Shown in pieces: positions 49,599 through 60,606 of a stretch of 64,000 bases of DNA; the stretch's first letter is position 1; every line of letters starts with the position of its first letter. The notes under the pieces are model-generated. The model saw only the letters and a list, made by a program, of their open reading frames with translations, did no database searches and was not told where the DNA came from. Both the position numbers and the translations under genes were made by a program. The stretch is from Terriglobia bacterium. Its GTDB lineage: Bacteria; Acidobacteriota; Terriglobia; JAJPHL01; JAPKYU01. Location: assembly GCA_965206645.1 (NCBI GenBank), contig CBDBKE010000003.1, positions 736,001-800,000 of the forward strand, in the 5' to 3' direction.

Positions 49599-50301
49599 AC
49601 TTGTTTCGCTTCAACCCTAAGACTTCCTTTTCTAGAGACTCAAGAATCTTCCGATGAGTTTCCGAATCAGTAGGCGACACAATGTAAAAACGCCTTTCCT
49701 GACTTGGAACACCAGTACGAGCTTCGATGCTTATAAGCTTACTGGCCAAAGTGACCTCGTGATCTTCTAACTTAGGGTCTGCCTCATACCTAACCTCGAA
49801 AGAGAGTTTCTTGAATGCAATAGACTTTGGAATTAAATAATTCGTCGCGAACCTAGATTGGCCATCTCGCTGTACGACTCTTAGAACAGGAGCAGCGATC
49901 AGGTCTTCAAAATCGATGTCTAGCGTCGCGACACACTCGGTTTCCTCAGCAAGAAGTAGCGGCTCTACTCTCTTAGCTTTGGGATCTTTTTGGAAGGACT
50001 CCAATAAACGAGCCAAGGTGGCTGCCACTGAGTTACCAGCCAACGAACTGTCCCGAACCTGGAGTAAAATCCTTCGTTTTTCAACCGCCAGATTCAGTAT
50101 ATGGACCAACTGCTTTCCTTCCTCAAACGTACCATTGTTGAAGATAACTTGGTTAGTTAGCGGGTCGACCTGGGCTTTGTCAAATTGGAAGGAGTTCTTG
50201 ATTATGTTTCTATTGTTAAGTTGGCGTAGCTCGTCAAGCGGCAGAGAGTCGACCGGATACAGCCTAACTTGAGTCACGGTCAGCTGTTCAATATCCTTCA
50301 T
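49597..50301 (-). CDS. Hypothetical protein, third gene of the hicAB-like operon
   Basis: 234-aa low-GC ORF with an ATGA overlap to the hicB-like gene. Confidence 0.75.
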   Translation of the reverse strand: MKDIEQLTVTQVRLYPVDSLPLDELRQLNNRNIIKNSFQFDKAQVDPLTNQVIFNNGTFEEGKQLVHILNLAVEKRRILLQVRDSSLAGNSVAATLARLLESFQKDPKAKRVEPLLLAEETECVATLDIDFEDLIAAPVLRVVQRDGQSRFATNYLIPKSIAFKKLSFEVRYEADPKLEDHEVTLASKLISIEARTGVPSQERRFYIVSPTDSETHRKILESLEKEVLGLKRNK

Positions 50302-50942
50302 TTTCCCCTTGCACTTTCTTGCTGTTCAATGCTCGATCGTGAAGGCCAGGTGTGCTGTTCCGAGGGTGAATCTACAAGAATAAATCGTCGCAGTAAGTCG
50401 TCAGAGAGTGTTTCAGAGGGTGTTGAGATGGAATACTCCCAACTCTGAACTCCAGTGGAGACAGGAAACACCCTTTGGGTCATCTGAGGATGCAAAGGCA
50501 CAAGATAAGTGACCAATTGAGCAATCTGTCCTTCAATCTCCGCCAACCTACTCTTGAGTTCACCAACCTCCTGATTGAGAGTATCTCCAATGACAGCTGC
50601 GGAAAGGAGGTGCACGATGTACTGGTTGAGGCTCGTGCCATACAGCTTTGCTTTGTCAGCAAGCATCGCGTGCAGCGAAGACGGAAGGCGCGCTAGAATG
50701 CGTCCGCTGTATCCTCGCGTACTTGACGGTGGTGGAACTGGAAGTCCGTGGTCGAGGGCGAACTGCAGCCAATCTTTCTTCACTTCCTGGGCGCTGCTGT
50801 AGGCTTCCTCAACAGTTTCCCCAGAAGCTGAACATCCCGGCAAGTCCAAGAATTCTGCAGTGAAGAGCTTATCGTCCTCGTCGAACTCGATCTTCAGTGG
50901 ATAATTCAGGGCCATGAGTTTCGCAAGGGACTCAGCACTCAT
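50298..50942 (-). CDS. HicB-family antitoxin with coiled-coil C-terminal extension
   Basis: AEFLDLPGCSASGETVEEA, PVPPP, YSGRILARLPSSLH..LA..A...GTSLNQYIV. Confidence 0.85.
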   Translation of the reverse strand: MSAESLAKLMALNYPLKIEFDEDDKLFTAEFLDLPGCSASGETVEEAYSSAQEVKKDWLQFALDHGLPVPPPSSTRGYSGRILARLPSSLHAMLADKAKLYGTSLNQYIVHLLSAAVIGDTLNQEVGELKSRLAEIEGQIAQLVTYLVPLHPQMTQRVFPVSTGVQSWEYSISTPSETLSDDLLRRFILVDSPSEQHTWPSRSSIEQQESARGK

Positions 50943-51298
50943 CAGTCCACCTCCGTGGCTTCCTGTGAAGCAATGACGGCCTTCAGGGCTTCAATCATTT
51001 GCTTTGCCTGACTCTGGTCGAGCTTGCTGATTCGATCCGCACTTCTTCGTGGGCCGTGAGGACGATAAAGGTTTCTAGGATATCTAAAGTGGGGGTCCTC
51101 TCTCAGTAATGGGTGGTAGTACATGACATGGTTCGGGTCGCTGGTGTCCTTCACCTCGAATCCGAGGGACTCTAGTTGGTTTCGGACTTCCTTAAATCGC
51201 CCTCTGCGAACAGCCTCAAGAGCGCACCTAAATTGTTCTTCTGACACTCCACCCTCTGACATCCTAGGACTTGTTCCACAAAGCCTCAGCGCGCTCAT
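50942..51298 (-). CDS. Divergent HicA-like toxin (start may be 51262)
   Basis: RFKEVRNQLESLGFEV..NHVMYYHP..RPH; overlaps the hicB start. Confidence 0.6.
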   Translation of the reverse strand: MSALRLCGTSPRMSEGGVSEEQFRCALEAVRRGRFKEVRNQLESLGFEVKDTSDPNHVMYYHPLLREDPHFRYPRNLYRPHGPRRSADRISKLDQSQAKQMIEALKAVIASQEATEVD

Positions 51299-51303
51299 TC
51301 ACT

Positions 51304-51332
51304 TGATATCACTTGCAGTATCATCTTGTCAA
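51304..51332 (-). promoter_or_regulatory. Promoter/operator of the hicAB-like operon
   Basis: TTGACA on the minus strand at 51327-51332; TGATA-10-TATCA inverted repeat at 51304-51323. Confidence 0.5.
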
Positions 51333-51439
51333 CAAAGCCCCCTCTTAGATTGGTAAGCGGAACAGTCACACCGCCCGAGCGAATTTCTAGGAAGAGAGAG
51401 TAACACGTGGGCTTGGAGAGACGTTGAGAGTTCTGGAAG

Positions 51440-51467
51440 TAGTTACATAAATCTGTTTATGTAAGTG
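51440..51467. other. dif-like (Xer-type) recombination site
   Basis: 11-6-11 layout TAGTTACATAA-ATCTGT-TTATGTAAGTG. Confidence 0.6.
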
Positions 51468-54016
51468 GAATCAATTACTTAGAAGGATTACGCAACCACT
51501 TCTAGGTACTTTCAGAAGGGTTCCTGCATGCCTGAGGGGACGCCTGCTGGCACCTGCACGTTCACCTAGTAGAGCCCCACGAATCCTGGGGCCAGGCCGG
51601 AGAAGCTCACCTGGGCAGGTAGGCCGGCAATGTTCACCAGTGGTGTGTTAAGCGTCTCTGCCAGTGGTGGAGTGCTGGGGGCAACATCTCCCCTGGAAGC
51701 CCTCCAGCGGCGTCAAACTTGAAGCGGTTCAGCTTGCCCGGAACAGGTATGATGACATGGCAGCAAGAAGCGAATGCACATGACTCACCTCGAAAACTTC
51801 CAGCCCCCCGCCGCAGTCCAGGGCATTCTGCCCGACTAAGGCGTTACAGTGGCCAGCGTGCAGTCGTCTTGCTCAGGGCGCCCATGACCAACCGATTGAG
51901 CGTGTTATGACCCGCGACAAGATCACTCTCTCCCAGCTTGAAAGCTTTCTTCTCAAATCCGCCGACATTCTTCGCGGAAAGATGGACGCCTCTGAGTTCA
52001 AGGAATTCATCTTCGGTCTGCTCTTCCTTAAGCGGCTCTCTGACGAATTTGATCGCAAGCGCGAGAATCTCCGCAAAAAGGACTTTGCCCACATCACCGA
52101 TCCTGCCCTTCTCAAAGAGCTACTCGACGATAAAACCTCCTACGGCGACACCTTCTTCGTGCTGGTCCGCCCTCGTGCCGGTCCGCGCTCGTTGGCATGA
52201 GTCCTGGAAGGACGAAAAGGGCGACGAGGTTCCTGCGCTCAAAGACCTCAAGCAAGACATTGGCAACATGCTCAGCAAGGCGCTCGCGGCCGTAGAAGAC
52301 GAGAATGACGCGCTCGCCGGCGTGCTCAAGAACAACATCAATTTCAACGCCATCAAAGGGAAGACCAAAATTCCCGACCAGAGGTGGAAAGACCTCCTCG
52401 ACCACTTCAACCAGCCGCAGTTCGTGCTGGTGAATGACAATTTCGAGTTCCCCGACCTTCTGGGAGCGGCTTACGAATATCTGATCAAATACTTCGCCGA
52501 CAGCGCCGGCAAAAAGGGCGGCGAATTCTACACACCCGCCGAAGTCGTTCGTCTGCTCGTGCAGCTCGTAAAGCCGCGCGCAGGCAATGAAATCTATGAT
52601 CCCACCGTGGGCTCCGGCGGCTTCCTGATTCAAAGCCACCTGTACATAGAAGAGCAGGGTGAAGACCCGAACGACCTCGCCCTCTACGGCCAGGATTCAA
52701 TCGGCGCCGTCTGGTCCATCTGCATCATGAACATGATCCTCCACAACATCACGCGCTTCACGATTGAGAACGCGGATACCCTGGAGGACCCCCAGATACT
52801 GGACCACGGACAGATTCGCAAGTTCGACCGCGTGCTAGCCAATCCGCCTTTCTCCCAGAACTACAGCCGCGCCACTCTGAAGTTTCCCTCGCGCTTCCGC
52901 GAATGGTGCCCTGAGACAGGCAAGAAAGCCGACCTCATGTTCGTCCAGCACATGCTGGCCAGCCTCAAGTCTGACGGTCACATGGCCACCATCATGCCTC
53001 ACGGCGTGCTATTCCGCGGCGGCAAGGAAAAGCTGATCCGCGAACTCTTTATCAACGACGATGTGATCGAAGCCATCATCAGCCTGCCCCCCGCCCTTTT
53101 CTACGGGACGGGTGTTCCCGCATGCGTCCTCGTGATGAACAAGAACAAGCCCGACGCATTGCGTGGCAAGGTGCTCTTCATTAACGCCGACCGCGAGTAT
53201 GCTGAGGGCAAAAACCAGAACAAGCTGCGCCCTGAAGACATTGAAAAGATTGATTTCGTCCTCAGCCAAAAGCGGGAGCTACCCAAATACAGCCGTCTCG
53301 TGGACAAGACGGAGATCGTTGATAAGCACGACTACAACCTCAACATCCGCCGCTACGTGGACAACACGCCCGACCCGGAACCGGAGGACGTGCAGGCACA
53401 CCTCATCGGCGGCGTGCCAGAGGGAGAAGTGAGAGCCAGACACAGCGATTTCGCCAAGTTTGGCGTCGCTGCTGACACGCTATTCCAACCCAAACGACCC
53501 GGCTATCTCGCCTTCCGCACGAACATCACAGCCAAGTCAGCAATTAAGACCACATTGGAATCTGATGCAGCGTTGAAAAAGACCTTCACCGCCCACCACG
53601 ACGCACTGGAGGCATGGTGGGGCGTCGCCCGCGACGACTTTGCCCAGCTTCGCGAGGGCAAGAAAATGCCTGAGGTCCCGCAGGAACTGCTCAAGACTAT
53701 CAAGAGCAAGCTTATTCCTCTGGGCGTGCTTGACGAATTCAAAAGTGCGGGAGTCTTCGTGAACTGGTGGCAGCAGATTCGCTACGACCTCAAGACCATC
53801 ATCTCCACCGGCTGGCATCACACGCTAATTCCCGATTCCTATCTGATCGCCGAATTCTTTCAGGCGGAAGCCGATGCCATCGAGGCGCTGGAAGCCAAGA
53901 TCGGTGAGATCCAGAGCGAACTGGCTGAAGCTGTGGAGACCGCGAAGGAAGTCGCCGCCTATGAACCGGAGGAAGACGAAACCGTCACCGCCGCGGTCAT
54001 CAAGAAAGCCCTTAAA

Positions 54017-55665
54017 CCGGAATTTCCTTTTTGGCCTTCCGGCGATTGAAAATATACACCCATCTGCGTCCCAGCGAGTACAATGTTTTCTCCGAGAGGA
54101 CCATCGGCTCCGAGCGTCCCTTTCGGGGTCCCCTGAAACCGTCCGATCAGCATCCAAACCCAGCTTTTTCAGACAACTCTCCATACCTGGTGGATTAGCG
54201 GCATCGTTTTCTTGTGTGCCGTAGCCCAGGCTATCCCGACGGGAGTGCCCATCCATCGATCCGCCCCAGCATGCTGGCAAACAGCCGTCGGGTCAAATGG
54301 CCCTCGGCCAGCAGGAGCCAGTAGTACCGTGAGTGTTTTAGGAGCCGTCCTCCGGTTTTCACCAGCCGCTGCTGGAGGCTCGTCAAGGACCATTTCTCGA
54401 TTCTCTGTGGCAGCACTAGCCGTCGCCATAGGTTGCCCAGGTTGTAGGCGATGATCGTCAGCCAAAGCCGTACCTCGTTAGATCGGAACTTGTGGCAACT
54501 GAGCCGCGTCATCTTCACCGCCTGCTTGCCTTCCTTGATCCACTGTTCTGCGGTGCCGCGCTTGTTATAGAACCGCACCACCGCCCGATTCGGCAGCGTC
54601 AGATTCGTTACAATGAACCCCACTCGCGGGAACAACTCCCCGGAATGATGCTCTACTTTCGCCACCACCCTTCGAGCCGTCTTCCAACCGGCTGCCTGGT
54701 ACAAGAACCCCTTGTACTCGACCAGCGGTTTCTTGGTGGGCCTTCCCACGGGGCGTTTCAGTAGCTCTTCGATGTCTCGCTGCAGAATATCGTTGGCCGG
54801 GATGCGAATTGCGTACTTCACACCCCGTTCCTCCAATGCCTCGTACACCTCCGGCTTGGCAAAGGCCGCGTCCGCCCGAAACGCAATCTCTTTTCCCATT
54901 CTTTGCTGGCGCTCAATCTCGGGCAACAGGAGTTTCTCCCAACCCTCGGCACTGTGCACGTTGCCCGGACGGAGCTGGGCCGCCAGACAGTCGCCGTCTC
55001 GATTGAACAAAAGCAGCGGGTGATAGCAAGTGGACTCGAAGTGTCCGTTGTAGGCGCTCTGTTCCTGCTCCCCGTAGACCGGAATCTCGGTTGAGTCCAT
55101 ATCCAGCACCGCTCGGTAGTGCCACTGGAAGGCTTCGACCTTTCCGATCAGTTCCCGGTTGATCCGGGCTAACCCGACGAAGTTCTCCACCTTCGCCAGC
55201 ATCTCCGTCTCGAAAGTTTGCAACCTGGAGGTCAGCGCCGCGCCTTGTTCCCAAGTCTTCTCTGAACCAATCAGCCGAAAGGTCGGGTCTTGCGACAGCC
55301 GCTCGGCATCATTTACATCCTCGTATCCAGCTAGGCGACTGTAGACCGACTGCCGCAGCAAGTCCGCGAAAGAAAACCGAGCATTGTTTGCCCGCGAATC
55401 GGTCAGGTGCTCGTCAATGAGTTCGCTGAATCCCAGACGCTCATCCAACTCCCGGACCAGAATCAGTCCACCATTGGAAGTCACCCGTGATCCCTGAAAT
55501 CCGACTCGCAGAAATCGGTTGAACGACAGCTGAAATCCCTGTTTTCCGCTCTCACCCATTGGGTTTACGCCTCCGAACGCTCCGATTGATGCTGCAACCA
55601 GTATCAATATTGACGTTGGAGGTTAGCTGAAGGTTGCCGCTGCGTTTTCAAAAAGGAAATCCGGG
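54017..55665 (-). mobile_element. IS1380-family element, complete (1649 bp)
   Basis: Inverted ends CCGGAATTTCCTTTTTG / CCCGGATTTCCTTTTTG; CTTAA present in both flanks. Confidence 0.92.
54231..55559 (-). CDS. IS1380-family DDE transposase
   Basis: TSNGGL, GYEDVND, LDMDST, YNGH..YHPL, LRPGN, RADAAF, RGTAEQWIKE. Confidence 0.93.
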   Translation of the reverse strand: MGESGKQGFQLSFNRFLRVGFQGSRVTSNGGLILVRELDERLGFSELIDEHLTDSRANNARFSFADLLRQSVYSRLAGYEDVNDAERLSQDPTFRLIGSEKTWEQGAALTSRLQTFETEMLAKVENFVGLARINRELIGKVEAFQWHYRAVLDMDSTEIPVYGEQEQSAYNGHFESTCYHPLLLFNRDGDCLAAQLRPGNVHSAEGWEKLLLPEIERQQRMGKEIAFRADAAFAKPEVYEALEERGVKYAIRIPANDILQRDIEELLKRPVGRPTKKPLVEYKGFLYQAAGWKTARRVVAKVEHHSGELFPRVGFIVTNLTLPNRAVVRFYNKRGTAEQWIKEGKQAVKMTRLSCHKFRSNEVRLWLTIIAYNLGNLWRRLVLPQRIEKWSLTSLQQRLVKTGGRLLKHSRYYWLLLAEGHLTRRLFASMLGRIDGWALPSG

Positions 55666-56257
55666 CTTAAGAGTTGATTGACGACCTCAAGGACAGCAAG
55701 GGAGAATCGGCGCAGAAGGAACTCAAGGCTCTTCAAGCCCAGGGAAAAGCCGTTACCACCCTTGAGAAACGAATCAAGGAGAGCAAAGCCGAACTCAAGA
55801 CACTGACTGACGAACTGGAATACAAGCTCCAGCTCAAGCGCCTCGGTGGCGGCGAATTCAAAACCGAGAGCCAGCAACTTCTCACCCAGGTGGACACCCG
55901 ACTCGGCGCCCTCGATAAGAGCAAGAAGGAGGACAAGAAGAAAATCTCCGCTCTGGAAAAGGACAAGACGACCTTGGAGGCGCGGATGGCCAAAACCGAT
56001 GCCCTTGTTGCCAGCATCGGCGGCCAGCTTACCGAGGCAGAAGCCAAGACCCTCATCCTGAAAAAGCTCTACGACCTCGCCAACCAGGAACTTAATCGCT
56101 ACCTCAATGCCGAGAAGCGGCAGCTGATCCAGATTGTCGAGAATCTCTGGGACAAATACGCAGTATCTAACCGTGTTCTGGAATCCAAGCGAACTGAAAG
56201 CCTCAAGGCATTAGATGGGTTTCTTGTTCGATTGGGGTATGTGCAGGGCGAATTGAG

Positions 56258-57487
56258 ATGAACATCGTGGAAGGATGGCAACACAAGGTATTACGACAGT
56301 TAGCCACCATCAATTACGGTAGGTCTCCTGCAGCGATCTTGGCAGATGACGGCGAGTATCCCGTTGTCGGCACCGGCGATACCGAGCGTGTCGGGAATGA
56401 CTACCTCTACGAGGGTGATTCAATCATCTTAGGTAGAAAGGGAACCATTGATCGGGTTTATTTTGCCACCGGTAGATTCTGGACAATCGACACAGCATAC
56501 TATTTGAGCGGCTTCGACGAAGCACTTCCACGCTGGCTCTTCTATTTTCTCCAAACGTTCGACCTGCGCCAACTGAACGAAGCAACGGGCGTTCCCAGCC
56601 TATCGCGAGAGTTGCTCTACAAGATCGAAATCCCTACGCCCCCCGAACCCGAACAAGCGAAACTCGCCGAGATACTCTCGACAGTGGACCGGGCAATTGA
56701 GCAGACGGAGACGTTGATTGCCAAGCACCAGCGCATCAAGACCGGCCTGATGCAGGACCTCCTCACTCGCGGCATAGACGAACACGGCAACCTGCGCTCC
56801 GAACAAACCCATGCATTCAAAGACTCCCCGCTCGGCAGAATCCCGGCGGAGTGGGATTTTTCGAGACTCGAGTCCATCGGCAGCTGGTCGAGCGGTGGAA
56901 CCCCATCCAAGGCGAATTCCGACTACTGGGGCGATGAGATCCCCTGGGTATGCCCAAAGGATATGAAGACGTTCGACATCGCTTCAACTATCGACCGGCT
57001 TACACAAGCAGGCGTGCGACATGGGAGCAGACTGATGCCCGAAAAAACAGTCTTCATCGTCGTCCGTGCCATGATATTGGCGCACACATTTCCGGTATGT
57101 ATCGCCAATCGGCCGATGGCATTCAACCAGGATGTCAAGGCCATCATCACTGGGCCTAGTGTCGAAGCGCGTTTTCTTGCTTACTGGCTCGTATCCCGGG
57201 CAGAAAACTTTCTGAAGATCACAACGACGGCTACTCACGGAACCAGACGGTTCGACATGAAGGAACTGTTCGACGTGATCATGCCCAAGCCCGAAAGGGA
57301 GGAGCAGAGCCGCGTCGTGACTCGCTTGGATGCGGCGGAAGCACAAATCGATTCCAATAGGAAGATCGCAGGCAAACTCCGCTTGCTCAAAACCGGCCTT
57401 ATGCAAGACCTGCTTACCGGCAGGAAGCGCGTCACCTCCCTGCTAGAGTCAGAACCCAAGCGCGAGAAGATTTATGCACGGCACTGA
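56258..57487 (+). CDS. hsdS: Type I R-M specificity subunit
   Basis: Two TRDs with the repeated conserved region P..EQ..I...L ... KTGLMQDLLT. Confidence 0.92.
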   Translation: MNIVEGWQHKVLRQLATINYGRSPAAILADDGEYPVVGTGDTERVGNDYLYEGDSIILGRKGTIDRVYFATGRFWTIDTAYYLSGFDEALPRWLFYFLQTFDLRQLNEATGVPSLSRELLYKIEIPTPPEPEQAKLAEILSTVDRAIEQTETLIAKHQRIKTGLMQDLLTRGIDEHGNLRSEQTHAFKDSPLGRIPAEWDFSRLESIGSWSSGGTPSKANSDYWGDEIPWVCPKDMKTFDIASTIDRLTQAGVRHGSRLMPEKTVFIVVRAMILAHTFPVCIANRPMAFNQDVKAIITGPSVEARFLAYWLVSRAENFLKITTTATHGTRRFDMKELFDVIMPKPEREEQSRVVTRLDAAEAQIDSNRKIAGKLRLLKTGLMQDLLTGRKRVTSLLESEPKREKIYARH

Positions 57488-60400
57488 TAAAACCGCGCAG
57501 AAGATCAAGCTCGACGAGCGCAACCACGTCGAGAAACCCTTCCTCGACCAACTTGACGGGCTGGGCTGGACGGTCCTTGATCTGGACAGCAAGCAACACC
57601 CCAGTGACACCTACCGAGAGAACTTCACCGAAGTGGTCATGCTTCCCGTATTGCGGGAGCAGTTGAAGGTTATCAACCCGTGGCTGGAAGACGACCAGGT
57701 GGAAGAAGTCATCAAGTAGCTCACGGCCAGCTTTCCCGGCACCGGGCTGATCCAGAACAACCAGCACGCCTTCGACCTGCTGCTGGAAAACACTAGCGTC
57801 AGCGAAAACCGCAGGACGGGCGAAAGAAGTCCGACGGTCCGATTCATTGACTTCAAACACCGGGACAACAACAGGTTCATTGCCGTCTGCCAGTACAGGG
57901 TGCGCATTCGCGGCACCGAGCATCACATCGTACCCGACATCGTCCTGTTTCTTAACGGCTTGCCCGTCGTTGTCATCGAATGCAAATCGCCGAAGGTGAA
58001 GGAGCCGATTCCCGAAGCCATTGACCAGCTCCTTCGCTACAGCGAACAGCGCGGAGCCAAAGGCGAAGGCAGTCCGCCACTTTTTTATTTCAAGCAGTTC
58101 GTCATCACCACCTGCCGGCAGGAGGCAAAATTCGGCACCATTACCAACCGCAGCGAGAAATATTTCTACCGCCTGGGCGGACCCGTTTCCGCGTTCGCTG
58201 AACGACCTGGAGCACGGCGGCAGCAGCCCCAACGACCAGCGACGCCTCGTCGCCGGTATGCTTGACCGCGACAACCTGCTCGACATCATCCGCACCTTCA
58301 CATTGTTCTCCACGAACGACAAGGGTGAGACCATCAAGATCGTCGGGCGCTACCAGCAATTCCGGGCTGTGAAACTGGCCGTGAAGCGCCTTCTGGAAGG
58401 AAAGACTTCCCGCGAGCGTAGCGGCATCATCTGGCACACGCAGGGCTCCGGCAAATCCCTGACCATGATGTTCATGGTGCGGGAGATGTATCGGCATCCT
58501 TCCCTCTCCAAGTGGAAGGTTGTCTTCGTCACAGACCGCACTCAACTAGAGACCCAGCTTTCCGAAACCAGTCAGAGCATCGGCTTCTCTGTGAAGGTAG
58601 CCGACAGCATCAAGGCGCTGAAAGCTTTGCTCTCCACCGACTCTTCCGACCTCGTGATGGCGATGATCCACAAATTCCGCGAGGTGGACCTGAAGGAGAC
58701 CTTCCCGGAATTGAACGCAAGCCCCCACATCCTCGTGATGACGGATGAGGCCTATCGCTCGCAATACTCAATGCTGGGGGCGAACCTCGATAAGGGAATT
58801 CCGAACTCAGCCCGCATTGCCTACACCGGCACCCCCATCGACAAAACCGAGCGCGTCTTCGGTGACTACATCGACAAATACCCCCTGCGTCAGTCCATCG
58901 AGGACGGTGTGACGCTGGAAATCGTCTATGAAGGCCGGACTCACAATGCGGAAGTGCCTGACAAGGCTGGCATGGACATCGCTTTCCAGGATGTGTTCAG
59001 CGACTACAACCTTCAGCAGCGCCTGGAGATTCTTGGTTATGGCTCACGGGACGCGTATCTTGAAGCCAAACCAACCATCGCGGCCAAAGCAAAAGACATG
59101 GTGACACACTACCTGACCCACGTCTTTCCGAACAGCTACAAGGCGCAGATCGTCGCTACGTCCCGCGAGGCAGCCGTGCGCTACAAGGAATACATAGATG
59201 CGGCCCTCGCCGAAGCTCTCGCAGGGCTGGAGAAGGACAACCCCGAAAACATCAATCTCGACTGCCTCAGAAAAATGAAAACGGATGTGATCATTTCCGG
59301 CAGTCATAACGACGAGCTTCACCTCAAGCTCTACACCGACAGCTCCAAACATAAAACCAGCATCAAGAGTTTCAAGTTGCCGTTCGATGCCGAGGACGAA
59401 GGCATCTTTGGCGATACCGGCATTCTGATCGTCAACAACATGCTGCTCACCGGGTTCGATGCCCCGCTGGAGCAAGTGATGTATCTCGACAAAATCGTCA
59501 TCGCGCATAGCTTGCTCCAGGCAATTGCTCGTGTGAACCGGGTGAGCGGTCCCGCGAAGGACAAGGGCTTCGTCGTGGATTACGTCGGCGTGGGCCACCA
59601 CCTGAAGAAGGCGCTCGACAACTATGATGAACGGGAACAGAACGAAGTGCTTGATGTGCTTAGTTTCCCGGAGGAGGAATTGCTTGAACTCCAGGCCAGC
59701 CATGAAGCCATCGCGGACTTCCTCAAAAACCACGGCCTCACAGACCTCACTGATCACGACGCCTTTTTCGATCTGTTTTATGACGAAGACGTCCGCTTTG
59801 AGTATATGACCCTGTTCAGGAACTTCACCAAATGCCTGAACCTCGTCTTTCCAGCCAAGGAGGCGCTCGACTTCATGGGCAACTACGAGGCGCTCATGGA
59901 GATCAATGTTCTCGCTGCAAAACACTTCCGCGACGGACGGCTCAGCATGAGGGAAATTCCGCCGAAGCTGCGGAACGTCATCGACACTTTCCTTGAATCA
60001 CGAGGCATCACGGTGAAGGTCAAGCCCATTTCAATTCTCGATCAGGACTTTCACAAGGAGGTCAAGAACCGGAACCGGGCAAAAACCAAGGCGGCCGAGA
60101 TCGAACACGCTATTCGACACCACCTCGATATCGAGCTTGAGGACGACCCCGACCTCCAAGCCTCATTTGCCGAGGCATTGAAGAAGATTCTTGAAGACTT
60201 CCAGGACAACTGGAACAAGATCTCCGAGGAACTGAAGAAGCTTCGACAGCGCATCATAAATGCTGGCAAAGAACCGACCTATGGGCTGCACCGCAAGAAG
60301 GAGATGCCTTTTTTCCGAATGCTCAAGAAAGAGATTTTCGGCGACACGGAACTGGATGACGACGCCATTTCGCCATTGGTGTCCCTCACGCATCAAGTCT

Positions 60401-60606
60401 TTGGCGACGTGGACCGCGAGCTAAAACTGACAGGTTTCTGGGAAAGCATCCCGGCCCGGAACAAACTCAAGGCGGATGTTCAAAAGACACTGCTTCAGAA
60501 CAACTTTTCCAAGTTGCCGGGTCTGGTGAAGAATCGCGCCCACATCATCAGCCGCGTGATGGAGGTCGCGGAAAAGAACAACGATACGATCCTGTACGCC
60601 CCATGA
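57474..60606 (+). pseudogene. hsdR: Type I R-M restriction subunit with an in-frame TAG (57717-57719) and a +1 frameshift (~58172)
   Basis: PDIVLFLNGLP..IECK, HTQGSGKS, DEAYRSQY, YTGTP, MLLTGFDAP, QAIARVNR. Confidence 0.9.

Larger units (their letters stand above)
51907..56261 (+). pseudogene. hsdM: Type I R-M methyltransferase, frameshifted and IS-interrupted
   Basis: [29 protein letters not shown]. 16-bp duplication at 52157-52188; IS1380 at 54017-55665. Confidence 0.9.
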
